28,285 bases of DNA, from positions 1 through 28,285 of the forward strand of contig JBNJGP010000033.1 in NCBI GenBank assembly GCA_051747805.1, in the 5' to 3' direction. Position 1 is the first letter of the stretch; every line of letters starts with the position of its first letter. Below the pieces are notes generated by a model that ran no database searches, was not told the origin of the DNA, and saw only the letters and a list, made by a program, of their open reading frames with translations. The position numbers were made by a program, and so were the translations under genes. Source of the DNA: Candidatus Muiribacteriota bacterium. Its GTDB lineage: Bacteria > Muiribacteriota > Muiribacteriia > Muiribacteriales > Muiribacteriaceae. Of this stretch, positions 7,580 to 16,128 are shown one piece after another.

Positions 7580-8032
7580 TTAATACCCCTTTTTTGAAAA
7601 AATTACGTCAAAAAATTCTATGGCCAGTAAATAAGAGTTTAGGCCAAATCCTGCTATAACTCCTTCACAAACAGGAGTTAAAAGGGAAGTATGTCTGAAT
7701 TTTTCTCTATCTGAAACATTTGATAAATGCACTTCAACAACTGGAAGTGAACATAACTCTATAGAATCTCTTATAGAAACACTTGTATGAGTATAGCCTC
7801 CCGCATTAATTATAATGCCGTTGAAATTTTGGGAGCTTTGAATTTTTGTGACAATTTCTCCCTCTATATTTGACTGATAAAAAAAAGGGGTTATATTTTT
7901 TTTTTCTGCATATTTTTTTATTCTGGAATTAAGCTGCCGGAGTGTAAAAACACCGTACTGTTTTTTATCACGCTTTCCCAGCATATTCAAATTTGGACCA
8001 TTAATTATAAGTACGTCAGACTTTTTAACCAT
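7580..8032 (-). CDS. aroQ: Type II 3-dehydroquinate dehydratase
   Basis: INGPNLNMLGKR, QSNIEG, INAGGYTHTS, VEVHLSN. Confidence 0.95.
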   Translation of the reverse strand: MVKKSDVLIINGPNLNMLGKRDKKQYGVFTLRQLNSRIKKYAEKKNITPFFYQSNIEGEIVTKIQSSQNFNGIIINAGGYTHTSVSIRDSIELCSLPVVEVHLSNVSDREKFRHTSLLTPVCEGVIAGFGLNSYLLAIEFFDVIFSKKGY

Positions 8033-9558
8033 AATTTTTTAAACTCCTCTAAAGAAATTTCAACTGTGCTAAAATTAATTTTTCTTCCAACTTTAACCGG
8101 TAAAATAAAGCTTAGGTTTTTGGATAAATTTTTTTTATCTTTTTTTACAACTTCTAAAAGTTTTTTAAACTTAATCTGTTTAATTTTTAATATTTCATCA
8201 CATAAATCCCATAAATCAAAATTAAATTTGAATTTTAAAAATTCTTTATGTGAAATTAAATTTTTTTGAAAAGAAAAGCTGTAGGCAAAAAATAATCCCA
8301 GCACAACAGAAATTCCATGGGGAATTTTAAATTCAGTTAATACTTCGATTCCATGACCTATTGTATGACCTAAGTTTAAAATACAGCGAATTCCCCTGTT
8401 ATCTTTTTCATCTTTTTCTGTAATTTCAGCTTTAAAAATCAAGTATTTTAATAAATCGGGATTTCTATATTTTATCAGATTTTTTTTCCTACTGAGTAAA
8501 TCATATTTCAAACATTCGCCTAATCCAGAAAAATAATCTTTTTTTGCAAGAGTTTTTATAAAAACTGGATCAATTAAAATAATTTCAGGTTGATAAAAGT
8601 TTCCTAACATATTTTTTGTGTTTTTATAATTTAATCCGTTTTTACCTCCAACTGAAGCATCTACCATTGCCAGCAATGTGGTAGGAATCAAAAAAATTTT
8701 TACCCCCCTCTGCCAAGTAGAAAGAGCATAGCATGCTGTATCAGTAACTGTGCCCCCGCCCGCCACAAAAACAGTATCTGTTCTTTTTATTTTATTTTCT
8801 TTTAAAAATAAATAAATTTTTTCAACAGTTTTTAAAGATTTAGTTTTTTCACCTGCCTGCAACTCAAGGGTATTTATATTTAATTTTGAGAAAAATTTAA
8901 AATAAAGGGCTTTTACTTTATTATCAATTATTAAAGCAGTATTCTGGCTCTTTATAGTTTTTCTTATTTTAAAAAGGCTGCTCATAGAATTTTTTTTGTA
9001 CAAAACATGGGTTTTTTTAATATTATCACATGAGTACATAAAGGAATATCTGAAAAATTCTGAAATTAGTTCTGCACTTTCTGAAGTACTTAAATTATTA
9101 TTAATTTCAAAATGATTAATAGAATATAATTTATGTCTCTGCTGCCATAATTTGAAAATATCATCGCATTTATGAGTATTTTTCAACAGTGGTCTAGTAA
9201 AAGTGGAATCCAAGCGTTTATATATTGTTTTAAAATCCGGGTTCAAATAAACTGTCCACCCATTTTTTAATATATAATTCCGGTTGGATTTTTTCTTTAC
9301 AATACCACCGCCTGTTGCAATAACAACTTTTTCTTCCCTGATATTTCGAAGAGTTTTTGATTCAATTTCACGAAAATACTGCTCACCCATTTCTTCAAAA
9401 ATCTGAGTTATGGATTTTTTTGTTTTTTTTTCGATTTCTTTATCAATATCTATAAAATCAAAATCTAAAATTGAGGCAAGGTGATTACCGATTGTGGTTT
9501 TCCCTGCACCCATAAAACCAGTTAAAAAAATCCGCTTAAAATTTGAAGGAATCAGCAT
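8005..9558 (-). CDS. aroKB: Bifunctional shikimate kinase / 3-dehydroquinate synthase
   Basis: N-terminal GFMGAGKT, DIDKEIE, ATGGG, RPLL; C-terminal GEKTKS, GGG, PTTLLAMVDASVGGKNG, LNLGHTIGHGIE, HG. Confidence 0.92.
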   Translation of the reverse strand: MLIPSNFKRIFLTGFMGAGKTTIGNHLASILDFDFIDIDKEIEKKTKKSITQIFEEMGEQYFREIESKTLRNIREEKVVIATGGGIVKKKSNRNYILKNGWTVYLNPDFKTIYKRLDSTFTRPLLKNTHKCDDIFKLWQQRHKLYSINHFEINNNLSTSESAELISEFFRYSFMYSCDNIKKTHVLYKKNSMSSLFKIRKTIKSQNTALIIDNKVKALYFKFFSKLNINTLELQAGEKTKSLKTVEKIYLFLKENKIKRTDTVFVAGGGTVTDTACYALSTWQRGVKIFLIPTTLLAMVDASVGGKNGLNYKNTKNMLGNFYQPEIILIDPVFIKTLAKKDYFSGLGECLKYDLLSRKKNLIKYRNPDLLKYLIFKAEITEKDEKDNRGIRCILNLGHTIGHGIEVLTEFKIPHGISVVLGLFFAYSFSFQKNLISHKEFLKFKFNFDLWDLCDEILKIKQIKFKKLLEVVKKDKKNLSKNLSFILPVKVGRKINFSTVEISLEEFKKLWLKSLTYL

Positions 9559-9564
9559 AATTTG

Positions 9565-9573
9565 ATTATAACA
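9565..9573 (-). promoter_or_regulatory. Extended -10 promoter placed for a leaderless aroKB mRNA
   Basis: TG-T-TATAAT-CAAATT-ATG with no SD sequence. Confidence 0.55.
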
Positions 9574-9599
9574 TTATATTATAAAAACTTCATTGAGAA

Positions 9600-10655
9600 T
9601 TACTGACGTAATAACACATAAGAAGTCATTGCCTCGGCTATTACTCCTATTGCTGGACAAACCCAGATATCTGACCTTTCTTTTAATGCTTCACACCTTT
9701 TTTTTGTTTTTATATCCACAGTATCCAAGGGCTTTCTCAACGTCGGAACTGGTTTTATAAACAAATCAAAATAAATGTTTTCCCCTGTTGAAATTCCTCC
9801 GTTTATCCCCCCCGAATTATTAGAAGAGTGTTTTATTTTATTATTGTCAATATTTATTATTTCATCATGATAACTACTACCATACCCATATGAATATTCC
9901 AAGTTTCCGAAGTTTATTCCCTTTACAGACGGTATGCTTATCAACGCTCCGGCCAGCTGCGAATCAAGCCTTTCCCTGAAATCACTGTATGAACCAGTGC
10001 CAGCTTTTAGCCCCTTTACAATCACACGAACTCTTCCGCCCAAAGAATCTTTTTTCTTTTCAGCCTCATCTACTTCTTTTTTAATAATTTCTTCAGTCTT
10101 TAAATCAAGGGCCAGGCAATCTGATTTAGAAACAAAATCCATTTCTTCCGGATTAATATCAAATTTATTTTTATAAAATTCTCTATCTTTTATTCCTATT
10201 ACAAATGAAAATATTTTAATGTTTTCCCTTAAAAGAAGCTGTTTAAAAAAACCGCCTGCAGCTACCCTGCATGCACTTTCCCGGGCCGAAGCTCTTTCAA
10301 TAACATTTCTTAAATTATCATGATTATGCCTGAGTGCTCCGTATAAATCAGCATGCCCCGGTCTTGGGGCTGTAATTATTTTTTCATTTTTATTTTTCCA
10401 GTTTTTATAATCTTTATTTTGAATACTGAAACTAACAGGGGCTCCAGTTGTTTTATTATATCTATCCAGTCCCGCAGTAATTTTTATTCTATCTTTTTCA
10501 ATCTGCATTCTTTTACCACGTCCATAGCCTTTCTGACGCCGACTGAGTTCAAAATCAATGTATTCTCGGGAAATATAAACTTGAGCAGGGAATCCTGTTA
10601 TTATTGTTGTAAGTTCGGGACCATGTGATTCACCAGCTGTATAAAAATCAATCAT
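9600..10655 (-). CDS. aroC: Chorismate synthase
   Basis: TAGESHG, PRPGHAD, ERASARES, NNSGGINGGIS, KPVPT, ERSD. Confidence 0.96.
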   Translation of the reverse strand: MIDFYTAGESHGPELTTIITGFPAQVYISREYIDFELSRRQKGYGRGKRMQIEKDRIKITAGLDRYNKTTGAPVSFSIQNKDYKNWKNKNEKIITAPRPGHADLYGALRHNHDNLRNVIERASARESACRVAAGGFFKQLLLRENIKIFSFVIGIKDREFYKNKFDINPEEMDFVSKSDCLALDLKTEEIIKKEVDEAEKKKDSLGGRVRVIVKGLKAGTGSYSDFRERLDSQLAGALISIPSVKGINFGNLEYSYGYGSSYHDEIINIDNNKIKHSSNNSGGINGGISTGENIYFDLFIKPVPTLRKPLDTVDIKTKKRCEALKERSDIWVCPAIGVIAEAMTSYVLLRQ

Positions 10656-11967
10656 TGTTAATTTTCTCCAGCATTTTTTTTGCTTTCTGATGCTCAGGCT
10701 TAATTTCTAACGCTTTATTAAAGTATTTTTCAGACAAAAAATTATCTACTCTATTTTCATTATAAAAACACTTACCGAGATAAAAATAAAGAGAGGCTTT
10801 ATCAGGATAGTTATTGATGGCATTTATTAAATAAAATTTTGCCTCTTCATAATTTTTCTTTTCAATTAAGCTCAAGGCTATAGAAGTATAGTTAACAGGC
10901 AGATCATAAATTAAGGGAGAAAAATTCAGACATAGCTGAGTATATTTTTCCCGCAGGTCTAAATCCTTTTGTGAAACAAAATTAACTGAAATTGATTTTT
11001 CTGGTACATCAGTGAATATATGATATTCATAAAAGGGCTTCCCTTTCTGAGTTCCTTCAAAAAGCCAAATGTTTTTATTGTGTTTCCCGGAAATTAAATT
11101 AATTTCTTCTGCATAAGAAAATCTGTTAAGTTTGATATACTGGAAAAATAATCCTGCTTTATTATTAAAAAGCAGGTGATTAAACCTGTTTATACTTTTT
11201 ATTCCGAATTTCTGGCCAACATTATTAAAAAGTCTTTCCAGATAGGATTTCTTGTGAATAACCATTATATCCTGAATATGACTGCTTAAAAAAGAAACAT
11301 AATCAATTCCTTCAGTATTTAATCCAATATCTGCTATATAATATTGAAGTGGGAGTTTTATTTCTGTATTAAAAAGCTCTTCTTTTTTATGGGAGGTTGA
11401 CATTGAAGGTTCATCTTTTATTATATGATTATAATCACCGGTAAACGGTTTTCTAAATATGGTCTGATACATTAAAATAGAAGAATAAAAACCAATTATA
11501 ATTAACCAGAGTATTAAAAATAAACGATATTCTTTAAAAAGGGCTCTTTTTCTTTTATTTGAAATATTAAACTTTTTTAATGTTTTATTTCGACTGAAGT
11601 AATATAAAATGATAAGTCCAAATATTATATTGTAAAAAACACTTATTGAATTTATAAAAAAACCAAATATTAAAAAACTAAGACAACCGAGAGCAATATT
11701 CATATACCCAAGCGATATAAACCAGTAAAAACCTGAAGTCCTTCGCTTCAATGTTTGTAACCCAGCCATAAAAAAAATAAATCCAAAAAGTCCCCAGTAA
11801 AAAGTGGCAGGTACAGTAAACCAGGGAAATGGAAAAATATAGGATAAAAATTCAAAATACTTATCAGAATTAATTATATCTAATGATAGTTCATTAAAAA
11901 AAGTTATAAAAACTGAAAAGTGGTATAAAAACCACATTATTATAGCATAAATTGCCAAAAATTTCAT
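10648..11967 (-). CDS. Membrane protein with several N-terminal TM helices and C-terminal TPR repeats
   Basis: About 5 hydrophobic segments in the first 170 aa; KNYEEAKFYLINAINNYP, LYFYLGKCFY and YFNKALEIKP TPR signatures. Confidence 0.75.
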   Translation of the reverse strand: MKFLAIYAIIMWFLYHFSVFITFFNELSLDIINSDKYFEFLSYIFPFPWFTVPATFYWGLFGFIFFMAGLQTLKRRTSGFYWFISLGYMNIALGCLSFLIFGFFINSISVFYNIIFGLIILYYFSRNKTLKKFNISNKRKRALFKEYRLFLILWLIIIGFYSSILMYQTIFRKPFTGDYNHIIKDEPSMSTSHKKEELFNTEIKLPLQYYIADIGLNTEGIDYVSFLSSHIQDIMVIHKKSYLERLFNNVGQKFGIKSINRFNHLLFNNKAGLFFQYIKLNRFSYAEEINLISGKHNKNIWLFEGTQKGKPFYEYHIFTDVPEKSISVNFVSQKDLDLREKYTQLCLNFSPLIYDLPVNYTSIALSLIEKKNYEEAKFYLINAINNYPDKASLYFYLGKCFYNENRVDNFLSEKYFNKALEIKPEHQKAKKMLEKINND

Positions 11968-11992
11968 TTTAACCCCGATAATAAAGGCTTTT

Positions 11993-12811
11993 TTAAATAC
12001 TTATTTTTTTATTGCTCCTAATCTTTTCTAATACGTCATTTTTAGTAAATTTTTTCATGTTAAATTCTAGCCCGTAATTTATAAAATCAGGTACTTCAAA
12101 AAATCCAGCTTTTTTAATTAAATTTTGATTATTAAAAAAATGTTGCGGTGTAACCTGTGCCTCTAATTTTCCATCATTTAAAACTACTACCTCATCACTT
12201 AAAATTATATCAGCCGGGTCGTGAGATATCAAAATTATGGTTTTTTTATGTTTATTTAATTTTAAAATAAGGTCTTTAACTTCAAGCCTTCCATTATAGT
12301 CTAACATACTAGCAGGTTCATCCAGAATTAAGTAATCAGGTTCCATAATAATAACTGAGGCTATAGCCAGTCTTTGTTTCTGTCCACCTGAAAGCATATG
12401 AGGTGGTTTTTTTGCATAATTACCAAGTTCCACAAAATTTAATATATTTTTAACTTTCTGCTGCATAACATCATGTGGAACTCCGAGATTCTCCAGTGCA
12501 AATGCAGCCTCGGTTTCGACAAGCATGGATACAATCTGATTTTCGGGATTTTGAAATATATAGCCGACTTTTTGTCGAATATCTATAAAATTATCTGAAA
12601 TAACCGGGGTTCCATCAACATAAATTTCTCCGGATTCTGGCTCAATAAGACCGTTTACAAGTTTTGCGAGGGTGGATTTTCCAGAACCATTTGGACCTAC
12701 TACAGTGTAGAATTTCTGTTTTTGAAAACGAAGATCCATATTATAAAGAACCCGGTCGTCCTTTCTGGAACAACCGGGATATTTAAAATTAACTTTTTTA
12801 AACTCTATCAT
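11993..12811 (-). CDS. ecfA: ECF transporter ATP-binding protein
   Basis: GPNGSGKS, FQNPENQ, LSGGQKQR, ILDEP and SHD motifs; lies directly after rplQ, the usual ecfA position. Confidence 0.88.
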   Translation of the reverse strand: MIEFKKVNFKYPGCSRKDDRVLYNMDLRFQKQKFYTVVGPNGSGKSTLAKLVNGLIEPESGEIYVDGTPVISDNFIDIRQKVGYIFQNPENQIVSMLVETEAAFALENLGVPHDVMQQKVKNILNFVELGNYAKKPPHMLSGGQKQRLAIASVIIMEPDYLILDEPASMLDYNGRLEVKDLILKLNKHKKTIILISHDPADIILSDEVVVLNDGKLEAQVTPQHFFNNQNLIKKAGFFEVPDFINYGLEFNMKKFTKNDVLEKIRSNKKISI

Positions 12812-12820
12812 TTACAAGTA

Positions 12821-13171
12821 TTATACAAGTTCAATAAGAGACATCTGGGTGTTATCACCACGTCTTTGTCCAAGTTTATAAATTCTTGTATAACCGCCTG
12901 GTCTTTCTTTGTATTTAGGCGCTATTTCTTCAAAAAGTTTTTTTAAAACTTCTTTTTTATAAATCTTTTTTGCCAGTTTCCGGCGGCTGTTAAAATCATC
13001 TTCCTTTGCTGCTGTTATCATTTTTTCCGCCACACTTTTAAGCTCTTTTGCCTTTGCCAGAGTTGTTTTAACCTGACCATGTTCAAAAAGTGAGGTAGAA
13101 AGATTTCTAAGCAAAGCATCAGTATGTGATTTATTTCTGCCTAATTCTTTATATCCTTTATTATGTCTCAT
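12821..13171 (-). CDS. rplQ: 50S ribosomal protein L17
   Basis: MRH..LGR, TTLAKAKE, RPGGYTRI. Confidence 0.98.
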   Translation of the reverse strand: MRHNKGYKELGRNKSHTDALLRNLSTSLFEHGQVKTTLAKAKELKSVAEKMITAAKEDDFNSRRKLAKKIYKKEVLKKLFEEIAPKYKERPGGYTRIYKLGQRRGDNTQMSLIELV

Positions 13172-13200
13172 CGGTGCCTCCTCAAAAAAAACCGAAGATT

Positions 13201-14178
13201 TTATTTATTATCCTCAGACATTGCGTCATAATTTTCATCAACAATGCCCTCGCCTTTTAAGGCAAGTCCAAGCTCGCCAAGTTTCTGTCTAATTTCGACA
13301 AGAGATTTTTTACCAAAATTTTTAATCCCCATAAGTTCCTGTGCTGAGTATTTTGTAAGGTCCCCAACATTTTTTGCCTTAACATATTTCAGGCAGTTTC
13401 TGCTTCTAACAGATAAATTTAATTCAGAAATTGGAAGTGCAGTTTTATCAATTCCAGCTACTTCATTAGTTTCGGTTTTAACTTCCTCAACATATTCAGT
13501 AAAATTCTTAAAAATCTTGGCATAATCTTTTAAAGTATTTATTGCAGAACGCATTGCCTCTTTAATTTCGATGCTGCCATCTGCTTCAATATCCATTATT
13601 AATCTTTCTACATTTTTTCCATCTTTTGTCTCATAAGGTTCAGTATTATACCCTACTTTTTTTATTGGCGAAAAATCTGTATCAAGAATTATCTCTCCAA
13701 TATTTTCCTTAAATTCCTGGTTTTTTTCTACTGTAACATAATCCCTTCCTTTAACAACTTCCAGTTCAAACGCCAGGGTTCCACCAGGATTAATTTTAGC
13801 GATATGTTCATCAGGATTTATAATTTTCAAAGTGTTTGTTTCTGGAATATCTCCGGCCTTCAATACACCCGGAGAGTCCTTTTCAACCCTAACTGTAATT
13901 GATTCTTCCTGCTGGGTAAAAACAACTTTCTTAAGGTTCATTATTATTTCCTGAACATCTTCTACAACTTCTTCTATATAGGAAAATTCATGTAAAGCAT
14001 TATCAAACTTAACTTTTAAAATAGAAGAACCCGGTACTGTTAACAAAAGCATTCTTCTTAGAGCATTGCCATAAACTCTGCCCGTACCCGAAGCAAAAGG
14101 CTCTATAATAACACGTCCATATTCGGTAGTTTTCCTGTTTTTATCTTTTAATAGTGTAATATTACCGAAGTAATCCAT
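13201..14178 (-). CDS. rpoA: RNA polymerase alpha subunit (diverged N-terminal domain)
   Basis: GNALRR, HEFS, EDV.EII.NLK, CTD LSVRSRNCL and NFGKKSL; located between rpsD and rplQ. Confidence 0.95.
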   Translation of the reverse strand: MDYFGNITLLKDKNRKTTEYGRVIIEPFASGTGRVYGNALRRMLLLTVPGSSILKVKFDNALHEFSYIEEVVEDVQEIIMNLKKVVFTQQEESITVRVEKDSPGVLKAGDIPETNTLKIINPDEHIAKINPGGTLAFELEVVKGRDYVTVEKNQEFKENIGEIILDTDFSPIKKVGYNTEPYETKDGKNVERLIMDIEADGSIEIKEAMRSAINTLKDYAKIFKNFTEYVEEVKTETNEVAGIDKTALPISELNLSVRSRNCLKYVKAKNVGDLTKYSAQELMGIKNFGKKSLVEIRQKLGELGLALKGEGIVDENYDAMSEDNK

Positions 14179-14193
14179 TTACCCTCCAAAAAA

Positions 14194-14820
14194 TTATTTA
14201 GAATAAAATTCAACAATTAACTGTTCGTTAACGGAAGCATCCAGCTGATCTCTTGCTGGAACTTCTCTGAAAACACCTTTTCTCTGTTCAGGATTAAACT
14301 CAATCCAGTCAGCTCTTGTTGAAGATTCTTTTGAATCATGCATTTCTTTTATTCTTGGAAGCTGTTTGGATTTTTCTTTAAGTTCTATGGTCTGACCAGG
14401 TTTAACAAGAAAAGAAGGAATATTTACTTTTCTGCCGTCTACTTTCAAATGACCATGTCTTATCCATTGTCTAGCTTCTTTACGGGATTCAAACAATCCC
14501 ATTCTATATGTTACGTTATCTAGTCTTCTTTCAAGTGATTCAAGTAATAATTCACCTGTAACACCTTTGGTTTTAGAAGCTCTATCATAGTAAAGATAGA
14601 ATTGTTTTTCCATTATACCGTACATATTACGTACTTTCTGTTTTTCCTGAAGTTGTAAGCCGTACTCAGAAACCTTTCTTCTTCTCTTTCCATGAATTCC
14701 AGGTCTGAAATTTTTTCTAACCAGCGCACATTTATCAGAATAACATCTTTCACCTTTTAAAAATAACTTTTCACCCTGAGTCCTGCATAACCTGCAGGAT
14801 GGTCCTCTATATCTACCCAT
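14194..14820 (-). CDS. rpsD: 30S ribosomal protein S4 (Zn-binding Cys form)
   Basis: CRLCR, YGLQLQEKQK, LERRLDN, LIVEFYSK. Confidence 0.98.
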   Translation of the reverse strand: MGRYRGPSCRLCRTQGEKLFLKGERCYSDKCALVRKNFRPGIHGKRRRKVSEYGLQLQEKQKVRNMYGIMEKQFYLYYDRASKTKGVTGELLLESLERRLDNVTYRMGLFESRKEARQWIRHGHLKVDGRKVNIPSFLVKPGQTIELKEKSKQLPRIKEMHDSKESSTRADWIEFNPEQRKGVFREVPARDQLDASVNEQLIVEFYSK

Positions 14821-14834
14821 TTTAGTATTCCTCC

Positions 14835-15227
14835 TTAAACTCTTCTTCTTTTAGGTGGACGGCATCCATTATGTGGTATCGGAGTAACGTCTTTAATTTT
14901 ACGAATCTGTACTCCAGCACCTTCTACCGCTCTAATTGCCGATTCTCTGCCTGAGCCAGGACCCTTTACGTAAACTTCGGCCTGTTTCAGATTATATTGT
15001 GATTTCGCCTTATCAACAGCAGTCTGCGATGCAATCTGCGCCGCATAAGGAGTTGACTTTCTGGCACCTCTGAAACCGAGTCCGCCAGCCGCTGCCCAGC
15101 ATAAAGCATTACCTTTCATATCAGTAACCATAACAATTGTATTATTAAATGTAGCCTGTACATGAACTATTCCACTGTCAACAACTTTTTTTTCACGTTT
15201 TTTCCCTTTTGGTTTTCTTTTAGCCAT
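14835..15227 (-). CDS. rpsK: 30S ribosomal protein S11
   Basis: [27 protein letters not shown]. Confidence 0.98.
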   Translation of the reverse strand: MAKRKPKGKKREKKVVDSGIVHVQATFNNTIVMVTDMKGNALCWAAAGGLGFRGARKSTPYAAQIASQTAVDKAKSQYNLKQAEVYVKGPGSGRESAIRAVEGAGVQIRKIKDVTPIPHNGCRPPKRRRV

Positions 15228-15241
15228 AGTTTACTCCTCAC

Positions 15242-15613
15242 TTATTTCTTTCTTGCAACACCGATAGTTTTTTTAGGGCCTTTCTTAGTTCTAGAGTTAG
15301 TTTTTGTTCTCTGCCCTCTACAGGGAAGCCCTCTACGATGCCGCATGCCGCGATAACTATTAATTTCTATTAAATTTTTAATATCCATTGTTACTTTTCT
15401 TCTTAAGTCACCTTCAACATTTACATTATTGTTTATGTGATTCTGAAGTTTTTTAACCTGTTCGTCATTAAGGTCTTTTACTTTTATATTTCCATCAACA
15501 CCTGTTACATCTAAAATTTTTCTGGAAGTGGTTAATCCAATTCCGAAAATATAGGTAAGTGCGATTTCAATTCTTTTTGTTACTGGTAAATCCACTCCTG
15601 CAATACGTGCCAT
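15242..15613 (-). CDS. rpsM: 30S ribosomal protein S13
   Basis: [30 protein letters not shown]. Confidence 0.98.
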   Translation of the reverse strand: MARIAGVDLPVTKRIEIALTYIFGIGLTTSRKILDVTGVDGNIKVKDLNDEQVKKLQNHINNNVNVEGDLRRKVTMDIKNLIEINSYRGMRHRRGLPCRGQRTKTNSRTKKGPKKTIGVARKK

Positions 15614-15631
15614 TAATTCCTCCTGTTAAAA

Positions 15632-15745
15632 TTAACCCTGTTTCTGTTTGTGTTTTTTAATGTCGCAAATTACCATCACACGACCATTTCGTTTAATTAT
15701 TTTACATTTCTGACATATTTTTTTTACAGACGATCTTACTTTCAT
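15632..15745 (-). CDS. rpmJ: 50S ribosomal protein L36 (not in ORF track)
   Basis: Translated by hand: [46 protein letters not shown]. Confidence 0.97.
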   Translation of the reverse strand: MKVRSSVKKICQKCKIIKRNGRVMVICDIKKHKQKQG

Positions 15746-15790
15746 AATAGTCCCCTTTCACTTTATAACCTTAACGTTTAAGTGGATAAA

Positions 15791-15819
15791 AGTTTAGCAT
15801 ATTAAGGTTTTCAGTGCAA
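15791..15819 (-). promoter_or_regulatory. Sigma70 promoter for the rpmJ-rpsM-rpsK-rpsD-rpoA-rplQ block
   Basis: TTGCAC-17 bp-TAAACT with extended TG, in the only long intergenic gap of the superoperon. Confidence 0.7.
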
Positions 15820-15859
15820 ATTATCGTATTAATTAACCGGTGACCTGTCACCTCTATAT

Positions 15860-15887
15860 AAAATAAAGGCTGCCGCGGAAAGGCACC
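15860..15887 (-). terminator. Possible weak intrinsic terminator after infA
   Basis: GGTGCC-TTTCCGC-GGCAGCC bulged stem followed by TTTATTTT. Confidence 0.4.
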
Positions 15888-15893
15888 GTATTT

Positions 15894-16112
15894 TTATTTA
15901 AATCTATAGGTGATTCTACCCCTTGTTAAATCATATGGTGTAAGCTCAACTTTAACTTTATCTCCTGGTACTATTTTTATATAATGCATTCTCATTTTAC
16001 CAGAAATATGAGCAAGTACATTATGTCCATTTTCAAGTTCAACCTTAAACATAGCATTGGGCAGGTTCTCAAGCACTGTCCCCTGCACTTCAATTAAATC
16101 GCTTCTTGCCAT
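15894..16112 (-). CDS. infA: Translation initiation factor IF-1
   Basis: [30 protein letters not shown]. Confidence 0.98.
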   Translation of the reverse strand: MARSDLIEVQGTVLENLPNAMFKVELENGHNVLAHISGKMRMHYIKIVPGDKVKVELTPYDLTRGRITYRFK

Positions 16113-16128
16113 TTATTCCTCCTAAAAA

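Noticed and set aside
9600..9660. AroC ends somewhat earlier than long Firmicutes-type homologs (possible pseudogene)
   Set aside because: All catalytic motifs through ERSD and the final helix are present, and the length is within the family range
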